This document shows positions 16,394 through 16,394 of a stretch of DNA of 16,394 nt, in pieces. This stretch comes from an uncultured Myxococcales bacterium (lineage in GTDB: Bacteria; Myxococcota; UBA4151). Both the position numbers and the translations under genes were made by a program. The notes beneath the pieces are model-generated. The model was not told where the DNA came from. It made no database searches and was given only the letters and a program-made list of their open reading frames with translations. The stretch's first letter is position 1; each line of letters opens with the position of its first letter. The stretch covers positions 1 to 16,394 of the forward strand of contig CAXGWI010000075.1 in NCBI GenBank assembly GCA_964013405.1, given 5' to 3'.

Positions 16394-16394
16394 C

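Noticed and set aside
1..16394. CRISPR arrays, tRNA/rRNA genes, IS elements, intrinsic terminators
   Set aside because: Non-coding space is only about 120 nt. I saw no spaced direct repeats, transposase motifs or hairpin plus U-tract.

Overview
The window is almost fully coding and holds one + strand, operon-like run of 10 genes. The first gene is cut off at the 5' edge and the last at the 3' edge. Sequence motifs and gene order identify a myxobacterial-type Agl-Glt gliding / Nfs-like trans-envelope gene cluster. In order: gltC (partial), gltD, gltE (TPR lipoprotein), gltF, gltG (FHA-TM-TonB_C-like), a gltH-like beta-barrel, two cytoplasmic TPR-like scaffolds (569 aa and 1585 aa, the second gltI/agmK-like), and a short gltJ-like gene. 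The tenth gene (15461..>16394) is missing from the supplied ORF track because it has no stop in the window. I recognise it as a TIGR04552-type protein, and it carries all five RelA/SpoT synthetase motifs in order. It is translationally coupled to gltJ through a TGATG overlap, which is the most notable observation. Other points: gltC is joined to a gltD-J run, the cytoplasmic module is small (GltJ has no zinc ribbon and a degenerate GYF_2), and 7 of 9 junctions overlap. I found no RNA genes, mobile elements or CRISPR arrays. The host is probably Myxococcota or a related deltaproteobacterium (inference). All family calls come from motif recognition and synteny by eye; no database searches were run.
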